From positions 160,001-224,000 of the forward strand of contig CAWIIQ010000001.1 in the NCBI GenBank assembly GCA_963836185.1: a DNA stretch of 64,000 nucleotides, read 5' to 3'. The position numbers were made by a program, and so were the translations under genes. Under the pieces are notes generated by a model, which had not been told where the DNA came from, made no database searches, and saw only the letters and a list, made by a program, of their open reading frames with translations. This DNA is from Candidatus Krumholzibacteriia bacterium (lineage in GTDB: Bacteria; Krumholzibacteriota; Krumholzibacteriia; Krumholzibacteriales; Krumholzibacteriaceae). Of this stretch, positions 35,401-46,414 are shown piece by piece (within the stretch, counting starts at the first letter, position 1; the number at the start of each line of letters is the position of its first letter).

Positions 35401-35633
35401 GGGCGTTTCTCGGCGCCGGCGCGTCGGCGGTGGTGTCGAGCCTCTGGGCGGTGCCCGATGAATCGACCGCCGAGTTGATGAGATCTTTCTACGGTTACAT
35501 GGCGGGAAAGAAGAAACCCGCCTTTGAGGCGATAAACGAGGCCCGCAAAGAGCTTCTAGAGAGCGGGGAGTATTCACATCCGTTCCACTGGGCCTCATTC
35601 ATCGTAATAGGTACGGAGAAGTCACCACATTAA
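32463..35633 (+). CDS. TPR-CHAT (caspase/separase-like) protease with N-terminal signal peptide
   Basis: Hydrophobic N-terminus ending PLHA-QD, many TPRs, ERAKSRGLL, IVPDG, IHIAAHG (His), VVLSACETA (Cys), SSLWAV, HPFHWASF. Confidence 0.92.
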   Translation: MIDNPLRPIPGLVYLLVSITLIVLICPAPLHAQDPVMDFIIAADSIYRDSGEDALAWYVGENKAIVGAAVHQLIDIAIIVGDQGSAADEKDNMEFAAIVARIYRDAGGDPAPFDLVGVYRGWTPGQRKSRAKAKALEEEAAEARKAKEYEKAAGLFAQALDIYRETGDTYSEAIVYGSYGVLYWYAGDFDSVFEYYRQALAARRVIDDGILEGRTLNGIGTANFITGRYDSAEVYYRRAIDLRRETGDLGGLGTSLTYLGNTYSRMGRLSAARDSYEEAALLVGSLGNETQQMDLLNSVANLYAEMGRLSRSDESYREALGIAVSTQNVPYEIAIRMNISLNAVNEERYGEAMRELDTVGTLLESTPDPVYSAELFKVRGRVYYKTGELEHARDDLLAFLAAAKELENPVLETEAMVNIGYLYFGLRAFDRGLVFADSALVKAGQLDSAELLNHAHSLAAQLEEARGNYPEALGHWKSALEFNREAGAEQWMVLDEIGIATVTARSGETEKARGLFIGLLPRVRETGMNELESNIWMGIAHTFEDSDPDSAKHYYKRALSLIEETGMETESAELGAGLLGGSVRFYYEEVARYFARMAARTGDEEWSSEAFSTIERAKSRGLLELLESSLSMEYSGQEDAVLDSIYGLDPASASYRADLERLERDYRNIREDRVAAATGNLSAATDIVDLGSVSDLLPKKTVMFAYALGDSASQLWVIDRKGHDLYELPGRAELSRDTGMLAEALVRPGAGDARLKGQARKLYRTLIEPGGRRLEKAKYLVIVPDGCLFEIPFEVLLEEDIDEGAAWDGMPFLARSRSLIYAPSASVFVGLRGKKRMKKYDTDILAAGDPDYSYLGEGSERPLRPLPNTRAEVEGISGLFKEDRRIILTGTGASEAAIKRNITDHPSRMIHIAAHGLVDPVTPAASSIALSASPGDGEDGFLHTLEILALPVESRLVVLSACETATGRVSRGEGVVGLSRAFLGAGASAVVSSLWAVPDESTAELMRSFYGYMAGKKKPAFEAINEARKELLESGEYSHPFHWASFIVIGTEKSPH

Positions 35634-35693
35634 AGCGGCTGCCGCCCACCTTCCCGCGGAGCGGCCGACATTGAAATCAGGAGGGGGAACCTG

Positions 35694-38600
35694 ATGAGGA
35701 CTGTAACGGTTTTCTGCTGCGTCATCTGTATCATTCTATCCATTCTTACACCTTCGATTATTCACGCGGACGAGAATCAGCTCGTCAAGATGATGCCAAT
35801 AAAGGGAGGAGCTCCTCCAGGCGCGCTCAGAGTGACGTCACCTGGAAGCTCGGGTCCGCGGCTTGTAGCTTACCTGGACGCGGGCCTGACGCAGAGGACC
35901 GCTTGCCTCGCAGTCGGTGATACCGCGAATGTATACGTGGTCGTTGAAAATATCACCGGACCGCTCGAGAGTATAAGATACATGCTGGCCCTCGCGCCCG
36001 ACTTTTCCACCATCCTGGAGGAAACAGTCGAGGCAGGCGCCGCTACAGGTGATGCCCTCAGCGGAATCAATATTGATTTTGCGGCGCCGGCCGACGCATC
36101 AGGTCAACTGCTTCTGCAGACTTTAAAGATCTTCATTTCGCATGATTGTTCCGGGGGATGTGACGACGCAGACTACGGGGTTTACTTCCGCTCTCATCCG
36201 GACGACATGGGCGAGTTTGACGCGACCGCCGAGGTCACCTGGCGCGGACGGATCGTGGTTTACAGCCACAGGTCCCTCACCTGCGATGATGACGGTATGC
36301 CGAATCTCGAAATAGTCTCATTCACAACACCGGACACCGCGATGCTGAATGATGACATCGTGTCCGGACTCAGCCTTACAGTGCGGAATTCCGGTGCGGA
36401 CGATATGAATGATTCGTACGGCCTTGTTCTCCGCATCGTCGAAGATACGACCACGACCAGTGGTGCGACTATCGCTTCAGCGTATGCTCTCGCCCCCCTG
36501 CCGGCAGGGGGAACCGCTTCCATCACATTCGACAGCGCCGTCATCCCTCTGGGGCTACCAACGGGTCCTTTTTATTTCAACGTATTTCTGGAGACGAGCC
36601 TGTACACCTACGAAGAGGACGAGGCGGACAATTATCTGTGGAACCCCGTAGAGTTAATCCCAGATCCTGCGATAGACACGACTTACATCTATGCGGAGGA
36701 TTTCCAGGACGGGGACGGGGGATGGACCGCGGTCGATCTCAATCAGCAGGTCTCTCATTGGCAGCAGGAGGTATACGATGACGCGGGGACGCCGAGAAGC
36801 GTTCTGTGGTGCGGGACGGACGATCCTTCCTTCGCGACTCCTCCCGGGTACGGGAACAGTTGGATCGAAGGGATCGTAAAACAGTTCACGATTCCTTATG
36901 GAGCGCCGACGCTGAGTTTCATGATCCAGTACGACTCCGAACCGGGCTACGACTATACCCGTGTCCAGATCTCGACAAATGGCGTGGATTTCAGCGATCT
37001 CTACACGTTTTCCGGATCTTCGGGCGGGTTCGTCCAGTATGATGCCGACCTTTCCCCGTATGCCAACCAGGTCGTCTGGATAAGGTTCCATTTCACATCC
37101 GACAGCGGCTATTCGGATGAGGATGGCAGTTACGTTTCAAACGGCGCCGTGCGTATCGACTGGGTCTTGATAAGCGATGGAGGCGGCGACGATTTCAATG
37201 CCGGGCTTGACGGGTGGGAACCGGTAGTGCCCGCTTCTCCCGGAGGCGAGTTCCGGCTCGTGTACGATCCGCTCTGCTCGATGGACTATCCCTGCGACCT
37301 GAACGCATCTACCGGCGAGCCCCAGGTGATGTGCAATACATGGGTCGCGTACGACCCCGTTTACGAGAGATTTACGCAGGGAGATGGTGGATTTATCAAC
37401 ATCGTGATCGAATCGCCCGAATTCTCTATTCCGGCTGACGCGATGGATATCATGCTCGAATTCGACGCATATATGGACCTTCCCCTCGGGGGCAATGTCT
37501 TCTCCTCCTGGTATGTGATGTTCGATAATGACGGGAACTGGATAAACGACAGTATGCTCTTGTACGGATCGTACGGATGGTATACCAAACGTATAAGCCT
37601 CGCTCAGTATATCCCACCGGGGGCGAGCAGTATGAAAATACGGCTCGGAGCGATGGAGCATTCGGGCAACACACAGACCCAGGAGCATACAGCCGCTCCA
37701 TATTACGACAATGTCAGGGTATTCGGGATAAGGACCACGGCAGACGGTATCGACATGTCGTCTTTTCCAAGGGACTGCCTGGTGTCTGACGGCGACTGGG
37801 ACGGTGTCGGTGACCTTGCAGATATATGTCCGGCAGAGGATTCGGCTCCGTTCGACCGGGACGGTGACGGGTGCATCGACGGGGCTATCGGAAGCAGGCA
37901 CATCGAGTACGTCTCTGGAGATACACTCGAGTACAAGATATTCCTTTACGGCCATCCCGACATCAGCGACGGCAGCGATATTACCGCCGTGCAGAACGGC
38001 TTCGACGCGTGGAACGCTGTAGGGGGCACCGATCTCACGGCCGTATACGCCGGGACCGTGTCGGATCCGAGGGCGAAGGCGTTCGATGGCATCAACATGG
38101 TGACCTTCTCCGATCCCGAATTCGATTTCCCGATGGGAGTCCTTGCGGTCGGGACATCGACATCTTTCGTCGACCCCGAAAGGTACCAGGAGCATTCTAT
38201 CAGGCCGGGACAGATCGTCGACGCCGACATCATATTCAACCCGAACATGGCCTTCAGCACACCGACCGCCGGTGAGGGCACTGACATACAGAGCGTTGCC
38301 ACTCACGAGGCGGGCCATCTCTTCGGCATCTCGCATTCGGCTGTGCAGACCTCGACGATGTTCTTCGTCCTGCCTCCGGGCACCGAGGCATCCACTCTCG
38401 AGGCGGAGGACAGGATGATGTTCCGTAAGGCTTACGCCGACGAGACGGTGATGGCCTCGGCGAGCAGGCTGAAAGGCACTGTGACAGATGGGGAGACGGG
38501 TCAGCCGGTGCCGGGCGCTATAGTCTACGCGATCGACGCCGCCACGGGCGATTCGCTGGCGAGCGATTTCACGATGGAAGACGGCACTTTTGATTTCTTC

Positions 38601-41600
38601 AGCCTCCCCGACGGCGATTATTACGTCGCGATACATCCTCTCAATGGAAGCTCGAGGATAGGCTACCTGCAGGCGGCAAACATCAACGCGTATATCCGGG
38701 ACATCTACGTCGACCTGTTCGTCCCCGAGTACTACGACGCGGCCGAATCGAACAACGATGACGAGACGGCGATGACGGCCGTTTCAGTGGCTTCGGGTTC
38801 GACCGCGAACATCGCCATCATCACCAATATCGATGAGGAAGGGCCGACGGTCGTGGAGACGTCGCCGGCTCAGGGCGAGACCGGGGTGAAGATCGACGCC
38901 TCGATACTGATCTCCTTCTCCGAACCGATAGATGTCGGGACGCTGCAGGGGAATTTCAGCCTGCGCGACACGGCATCCGGCGAGGCGATCGGAGGGAACG
39001 CGGCGTCGCTCGACGATGATTCGACGCTGGCGTTTATCCCCGCGAGCAATTTCGAGTTTGAGAAGATATACGAGCTGAGACTCGAGACGGGCCTTTCCGA
39101 CAAGTTCGGGAACGGGCTCGCGCTACCTTACTCGGTTTTCTTCACCACAGAGGTCAAACCCGATGTGGGCCTAATGAGCATCATGCCGCGAAAGGGAGTC
39201 GAGGGCGCGGTGGCCGTTATCAGTGGGTACGGCTTCGAGGCCGCTGCTGCGGGGAACACCGTCGATTTCAACGGGACAGAGGCGGTGATCACCGACGCGA
39301 GCGCCACGAGGCTCGTAGTCGAGGTGCCCGAGGGCGCCGTTACGGGTAATGTCACGGTCGAGAACCTCGTCGAGGGAAAGACGAGCAACGCCCTTTCGTT
39401 CACTATACTTTCCGCCGAGGAGGTAGCTCGCGGCTATGAAGCCGGCCTTGCTCCGCTCGGGGCCCATCCCAGGGCGATGGCGGTCTCTCCCGATGGAGTC
39501 GTGATGTTCGTCGCTACAGGGGACGGATATTCGGCGGTCGTGGTAGATCCAGGTTCGGCGGACTATCTCTTGACCCGGGCATTTGCCGTGCCCGGGGGTC
39601 TGGACGGGATAGACGTCACCTCCGACGGCAAGCGTGTCTACGCGATCAGCAGTGAGAACGGGAAACTATACCGCATAAACGGCGAGATGGGGGCCGGAGG
39701 CCTCGATGACCTCGAGGTCCTCAGCGAGATCTCCATGGGGGCGGAGCCGCTCGGGATAATGATAGAGCCCGCGGGCCGCAAGGCATACGTGACGACTTCG
39801 GACAATACCGTGGATGTCTATGATGTCAATCCATCGAGCGCGACATTCGACATGCAGGTCAGCAGGATCGGTTCAGTCGGTGTGAGCCTGAGGGGATGCA
39901 TGACCCTGGATCCGTCAGGCGACATGCTGCTCATACCGACAGGCGAAGGGAAACTCGCTGTCTGCGACACGAGGGGCGACACCCTGGTCGCCTCGATCGA
40001 CGTCGGGCTCGATCCGAGGGACGTGACCGTCGATCCTACGGGGACGAGGGCTTATGTCACCGATGAAAACGGAGTGGCCACAGTCGTCTCTCTCGATATG
40101 CTCGAGAAGGTCGCCGAGGTGCCGACAGGCGGATCGCTCCGCGGAGACGCCGTCACACCGGCCGGCTCGTTCCTCTTTTCGGTCAACCGCGAACTTAACT
40201 TTTACGATGTCATAGACCTGAGGCAGACGAGCCAGACATACCGCAGCGTCATCGCCAATATCAGCCTTCCAGTGAATCCGGTCGATGTCGAGCTCTCGCC
40301 CGACGGGCAGTACGCCTTCGCGATATGCGAGCAGGACATGGTGCTTGCCGTCAACGCGATAGGCGTGGGGCCGACGGTCCATACGATATCCCCTGTCGCC
40401 GGCCCCGAGGGAACGGTGGTCGTCATCGCCGGCACCGGGTTCAGCAGCGATTCCACGGTGGTCGTCTCGTTTAACGGCGTCACTGTCGATCCGGATGTCA
40501 GGAGAGAGAATGTTCTGGTCGCGACCGTTCCGGCAGGAAACGTCACCGGGCCTCTGACAGTTATCGGCGGGAATCCTTTCACTCCTGATGCCGTCTCGAA
40601 CGAGCTCTATTTCGAGGGGCTCTCGGCGATTCCGGGGGACGCGTTCAGAATGGCCGGCCAGGCAGTGGTCCCGGGCCTTTCGGGGAGATCTGTGTATGCT
40701 GACCGACTCGGGCGACATGTCCCTGTTCCTCCTGGAATCCGGTCCTGACCAGCAGCTCTGCGCCTTCGACACCGATCCGTCGAGCGATACATATATGCAG
40801 GTCCTGGGCACGGCGGGCATGCCCGCGGGCTGCTTCGATAGATGAGATCATCACACTGCCTTCCGGTAATCTCGCGCTTGCGCTGGACCGCGGCGCTGGA
40901 AAGACTGGAGAGATCGATCATATCCCACTTGTCGACATCGGGCAGGTTGAGCCCTGGATTCATGACAGGTGCCGGCTCGATAGATGTCTCCGCGATGACG
41001 CAGGGTGTCAGCGGCGCCTGTATCGATCCGTCGGGCGCGCTTCTCGTAGTGGCCGAGTACGGCGACCCGGGAGGTATTGCCGACGCGACCATCCACCTCT
41101 ACCATGTTCGATTCTCAGGGAGACGGAAGTTTCGTTCCGGCTGGCAGCATTCCCATCGCTGGCACGCCAGTCGAGGATCCCGTATTCCATCCATCGGGCC
41201 TGTACTGCTACCTGCCTGTGGCCGATGGCGGCGGGCCCGCGGATCGCCGTGCTCGATACCGATCCTGAAAGTCCGCTGTACCTTACGAAACAGCGGTGAT
41301 GCCTCTTCCCGGCTCGCCTGCCGGCCCTGTCCCCGCTATCGATATCGTTCACGCCGGACGGGCGAGCGGTGCCTCGTCCTCACATGCGATGAGGGCGGAA
41401 CGGAGCAGAGGGATGTCGTCATGGTCGATACCTCCGACCCGGCCGCTCCGGCGGTGAGCCATGTGGAAACGCTGGGCGGCGGCGGTGCCGGAGACTGTCA
41501 TATCGACGTCTCCCCGCTCGGCAGCCGCGCGGTAGCTTCGATAGAAGGCGAAGGGCTCTATCACCTCGAGATCGTCACCGTCGAGGACTCGGTATATTCC

Positions 41601-44201
41601 ATCGGGGGCTACACGGCGGCCGCTTCGATTCCGGCCGGCGACTATTCCGCCGACGGATCGAAGTATTTCTGCGTACTGCCTGAAAGTGATTCATTCGAGG
41701 CGCTCGATTTCTCGGACGCCCGGACTCTCGAGATCGTTTCGGGGAACAGCCAGAGCGGAGTGGCCGGATCGCTTCTTCCCGCGCAGCTGCGCGTCAGGGT
41801 GACCACGTCGATCAGGCGCCGGGCTCGAAGGTGTGCCTGTACGATTCACCGTTTATACGGATAACGGGTATTTCTACAGCAACGGGGATACGGTCAGGAC
41901 CGTGACAACCGATGACGATGGAAGGGCCGGTGTCGAATGGGTGCTCGGCCCGGGCACGGGAACGCAGCATGTGCGGGCCTTTTCGTCCGGCCTGACCGGC
42001 TCGCCGGGAGTATTTTCCGCCGCGGCGCTTGCAGATCCGGAAACTCTTCCGCTGCAGTTTGTCGAGGCGATCCCGTTCGATTCTACGACAGGGGTCAGTG
42101 CTACTACCGCTGTTCGCCTGACATTCAGCAGGCCGGTAGACCCGGCGTCTGTCGATACGACGGTATGCTCGATCACGGAATTCGGCGCGCCCGATCCGGT
42201 CCCCGCGCTGATAGGTTTCTCCGACGGCTATCGCCGCGTCTCGATTACGCCGCGGATGCCTCTCGAGGCGCTTACCGAATATTCGCTGGAGGTGGCAGGA
42301 GGGATCCTCGATGGATCCGGAGGGCCTCTGCAGAATCCGGGAAGGACTGTCTTCAAGACGACCGATCCGCCGCCCCTGCGGATCGACGCTATCTCGCCGC
42401 CCAGCAGCATCAAGGGGATGCAGGTCGTTATCTCGGGCCAGGGATTCGACCGCGATCCGGAGAACAACACAGTCTACTTCAATGACAAGGTCGCCGGAGT
42501 GAACGGGGCCGCCGATGACCATCTTACTATCCTGGTCCCATACGACGCGGAGGGCGGAAACAACGTGGTGCGGGTCGAGACCGGGGGGCAGACATCGAAC
42601 TCCCTGATCTTCAGGGTCCTGTCAGCCGATGTCAGCACTCTGGACGATGACGTATTGAAGAATGTCGGAACAGGCTCATCGACAAGGAGCGTTGTCGTCA
42701 CCCCGGATGGCGCCCTCATGTACGCGGTGAGCCCGACGGCCAATACAGTCATCGTGATAGACATCATGTCGCTCCAGCCGCTGGCCTCTATTCCTGTCGG
42801 CGAGAATCCTTTCTCGATAACGCTCGATCCCGACAGGAGACAGGGCCTATGTAAGCAATTTCCTCGATCACACCGTTTCCGTGATCAACACGGGGCGGTA
42901 CTCGCAGGGATTCAACACGGTAGAAGAGACGGTCGAGGTAGGGCTCAACCCGATCGATGTGCTTGTCACGCCTGACGGGAACAGGCTTGTCGTATCCAAC
43001 CTCGGATCGATGGACCTGAGCATAGTCGATACGGACAGGATGAGCGAGACATACAACATGGTGCTCCATAGTGTCGGTACGGGGACGACGACGAGGACGA
43101 TGACGGTGACTCCCGACGGCGGCCTGCTCTACATAGGCACAAGCGACGGATACCTCGTCGTCAGCGTGCTCGATTTTGGCGTACTCAAGTCGGTCGGCAC
43201 GGGAAGCACGACAAAGTCTGTCACGGTGACGCCTGACGGAGCGCTTCTCATTCTGCTGACCGCCGAGGGCGATGTCCTCTTCATCGACATCGCGGAAGGA
43301 AGCCCGACCGAGGATCATGTAGTCGGCAGCGTCGGAACGGGCACGACGGTAAGATCGGTTACCCTGACTCCTGACGGCGGCCTGCTATATCTCGTGCTGG
43401 AGATGATCGACGCTATCCTCGCGGGCCAGATCGACATACTGACATCCGCCGGGGCGGCCAGCGGCGCGGAGTCCCCTGTCGACATGGTCACTGTGACTGT
43501 CATAGATACGGTCTATGCCGGTGAGGATCCGGCCGAGATCGCGTTCGCGCCGGGCGGGATCGGATATAGCGGTGATCACTAACGCCGGTGACAATACAGT
43601 ATCTATCTACAATCCCGGCGGCATGCCTGTCGGAATCGCCATTTCCAGTTTCGAGGCGAACCTGGCCGAAGATTCCGCTCTTCTCGAATGGCGGACGAAT
43701 TTCGAGGAAAGGATGACGGGATTCCATGTGCTTCGGTCCGAGTTCGCCCTCTTCGGGTACGAGCGTGTGACCGGCGAACCGGTCGCCGCGAAGGGCATAC
43801 CCTCGGATTACAGTTACAGGGATCAAACAGTGCAGCCCCGCAAGAAGTATTACTATAAACTCGAGGCGGTGGGAGAGCTCGGCAGCAGCGAGGAATTCGG
43901 GCCTGTCGAATTCATCTTCATGCCGAGGTTCGTCATGTACCAGAACGTTCCCAACCCGTTCAATCCGGCGACCAAGATCAGTTTCTCCATCCCTGAAAGC
44001 GGCCATGTCGACCTGCGTGTGTATGATGTGGCCGGGCGCCTTATCAGAACGCTCGTCGATGGAAAACTCGCCGCGGATCGCCACGAGGTGATATGGGACG
44101 GCACGAACAACGGGGGAAGAAGGGTTGCGAGCGGCGTCTATTTTTACAGGATCGAAGCGGGGAAACATGAGATGACGAAGAAGATGGTCCTGTTGAGATG
44201 A
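35694..44201 (+). CDS. Giant (~2,800 aa) secreted multidomain protein: CARDB, TSP3-like Ca repeats, matrixin (M10-like) protease, Ig/Big, IPT/TIG, YncE-like beta-propellers, FlgD-Ig tail (multiple frameshifts 40.7-43.6 kb)
   Basis: Signal peptide, DGDWDGVGDLADICP, HEAGHLFGISHS with a Met-turn (STMF), ISFSEPID, TPDG blades and final YQNVPNPFNPATKI...TKKMVLLR. Consecutive ORFs join in shifted frames. Confidence 0.8.
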
Positions 44202-44266
44202 TTATCAGCATGAACAGCGATGAAAAGACCTGGGAGAGTCTGATGTCTTTACGAAAGGAAAATGAG

Positions 44267-44818
44267 ATGAAGAGGCAGATCGGAAGATCGATCATGGTGA
44301 TGCTGATGATTCTGATATTTTCACAAGTTCTCAGCGCGACGCAGATAGTCCTGGTCAGTTCCAGGGAGATGGCGGAAAACTCGGCTCTCGTGCTCGCGGG
44401 AAGGGTCTCCGGCCAGGAATCGTACTGGAACGAGGATCATACGAAGATATTCACCCGGACCACGATCCTCGTTGACGAGACATACAAGGGGGGTCACAGT
44501 CCAAGGATCGAGCTGATACAGCTCGGTGGTATAGTGGGGAATATCAAGGTCACCGTCGAGGGAGCGATCCTGTGGCGGGACGGTGATGAGGTGCTCCTCT
44601 TCCTCGAGCCATACGGGGATACTCCGTCCTTTCAGGTCGCCGGCCTTTCCCAGGGCAGGTTCCTGATAGAGCGTGATCCTGATACGGGAGAGAGATTCGT
44701 CAGGCGGCCGGCCATCGACGGGGTGGAGCTTCTTCAGTCGGATGGTAAAGCGGAAAAAGGTGACGGATCGGTCGAAAAGGTACGCCTGGAGCAGTTCGTT
44801 TCAGAGGTGATCGAATAG
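44267..44818 (+). CDS. Secreted hypothetical protein resembling the N-terminal domain of bacterial matrixins
   Basis: Signal peptide and SALVLAGRV...IFTRTTILVDETYKG...GGIVG...GDEVLLFL...VAGLSQGRF. Confidence 0.65.
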   Translation: MKRQIGRSIMVMLMILIFSQVLSATQIVLVSSREMAENSALVLAGRVSGQESYWNEDHTKIFTRTTILVDETYKGGHSPRIELIQLGGIVGNIKVTVEGAILWRDGDEVLLFLEPYGDTPSFQVAGLSQGRFLIERDPDTGERFVRRPAIDGVELLQSDGKAEKGDGSVEKVRLEQFVSEVIE

Positions 44819-44833
44819 GAGCAGGCGACTCGC

Positions 44834-45256
44834 TCAGTCCTCATCGACGGGTCTTGTTCTGTCCGCCTTGAGCCGGCTCCTGCGGCGCTTGTCTTCGAGG
44901 CGTTTTCGTTTTACGCCAGCGGGGACCCCTCTCTTTTTCCTTGGGGGGATGCGCACAAGCGCTTCGCGGAGCAGTTCCGCGAACCTTTCGGTCGCCGCTT
45001 CACGGTTCATCTTCTGTGTGCGGTGCTTCTGAGAGACGACCCGCAGAATACCCTCGCGTGAGATCCTCGTCGGCAGCCTCTCGAGTATCCTCTCTCGCTG
45101 ATCGTCGGTGAGGCTCGGTGAACCGATGACGTCGAACCGGAGCGTTACCCGGGTATTGAGCTTGTTTACATTCTGCCCTCCCGGCCCGCTTGAGCGCGAG
45201 AAGCTCAGTGAGATCTCGTCCTCCGGTATCGACAGATTCGAATCGATCAGTATCAT
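44834..45256 (-). CDS. arfB: Alternative ribosome-rescue peptidyl-tRNA hydrolase
   Basis: SRSSGPGGQNVNK, RTQKMNR and a basic C-terminal tail. Confidence 0.93.
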   Translation of the reverse strand: MILIDSNLSIPEDEISLSFSRSSGPGGQNVNKLNTRVTLRFDVIGSPSLTDDQRERILERLPTRISREGILRVVSQKHRTQKMNREAATERFAELLREALVRIPPRKKRGVPAGVKRKRLEDKRRRSRLKADRTRPVDED

Positions 45257-45355
45257 ATCACCTTTCCACACTTAAATATTGATTCATCTCCACGCAAGGG
45301 TACATCATGAGAGCGCCTGAAGGGAAATCGATAATTCAATGAAAGGTGTCCGCCT

Positions 45356-46249
45356 GTGAGGCGCGTTGCGCGATTGAATATCCTGCCGGTGTTCATCATG
45401 GCGCTCGGACTGACCATCTCTCCGGGGATTGTCGCTGATGCCGAAGCAGGCGGCGGTGCGGGCGGCATCGAGGTAGTGTTTCTGGCCGGCGAGGGATTCC
45501 TGATAAGCTGCGGCCATTCAAAGGTGCTGATAGACGCTCTTTTCGATCTCAATGAACCCGGCGGGAAACCGCCGAGGGCGCATGACCACCTGTCTCCCGA
45601 AGGGATGACGCGGCTTACAGCCGCGGGAAAGCCGTTCGACAAGGTAGACGCTGTCCTCGTCACGCACGCCCACGACGATCACTTCACTGCCGGGTGCGCC
45701 GCGAGTTACATGCGCTCCAACGGGTGGGCCGTGCTGGCCGGCCCGGGAGCCGTGATCGATGAGCTCACCGGATACTCATGGCTCGAGGGTGAGGTGGGAG
45801 AGAGGCTCATCCCGGCTGATGTCTCCCCCGGCATGATAGATACGATGGTCATCGACGGGCTCACCATATATGCACTCGGGATAAGACACACGGGATGTGA
45901 GAGCGGAGCCGGCCCTGAATCTCCATGTATCGATCATGTAGCGTGGCTGGTCGAGACTGAGGGGTGCAGGATCCTTCATCTCGGCGATGCGAAGGTCTCC
46001 GGGGAGGAGTTCGAGCAGTTTCCCTGGCTCCCCGCTCTGGAGGTCGATATCGTCTTTCTGCCCTTCTGGTTTCTGCAGCAGGCCGGGGGGGTCGATGTCA
46101 TCAACAGGCTGATAGCGCCGAAAACGGTCGTCCTGATGCACTGGAACAGCTGGAACCGCGACGCTGTAGTAGAAGAATTCGAGCATAACCGCGACAGGCT
46201 CCCTCCGACTGTGATCTTCGGGGAGGCGTTCGAGAAACTGAGATTCTGA
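45356..46249 (+). CDS. Secreted MBL-fold metallo-hydrolase
   Basis: Signal peptide, VLIDAL, THAHDDH, ILHLGD, LMHW. Confidence 0.85.
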   Translation: MRRVARLNILPVFIMALGLTISPGIVADAEAGGGAGGIEVVFLAGEGFLISCGHSKVLIDALFDLNEPGGKPPRAHDHLSPEGMTRLTAAGKPFDKVDAVLVTHAHDDHFTAGCAASYMRSNGWAVLAGPGAVIDELTGYSWLEGEVGERLIPADVSPGMIDTMVIDGLTIYALGIRHTGCESGAGPESPCIDHVAWLVETEGCRILHLGDAKVSGEEFEQFPWLPALEVDIVFLPFWFLQQAGGVDVINRLIAPKTVVLMHWNSWNRDAVVEEFEHNRDRLPPTVIFGEAFEKLRF

Positions 46250-46414
46250 GACCTTCCCCGCACCCCGATAATAGATGACAATTCCAGTGGGTAGGACGGG
46301 GTATCTATCCACCTATTGCCTGTTGTAAACGAGCGGGAAGAGTTATAGAATGACTCCAGCCCGACACCTGAAGAGCTGCGTCATGGAACCCGGAAACACA
46401 AGCGGAGGTATGAG

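Noticed and set aside
30367-35633. ECF/anti-sigma as the CHAT protease substrate (Craspase-like)
   Set aside because: The anti-sigma is an ordinary TM type, transcribed divergently, and only adjacency supports a link. Not excluded, but unsupported.
42660-43390. Near-repeats encoding VGTG(S/T)T..TPDG as a CRISPR or DGR repeat
   Set aside because: They are in-frame beta-propeller blades with synonymous divergence. There are no fixed spacers, cas genes or reverse transcriptase.
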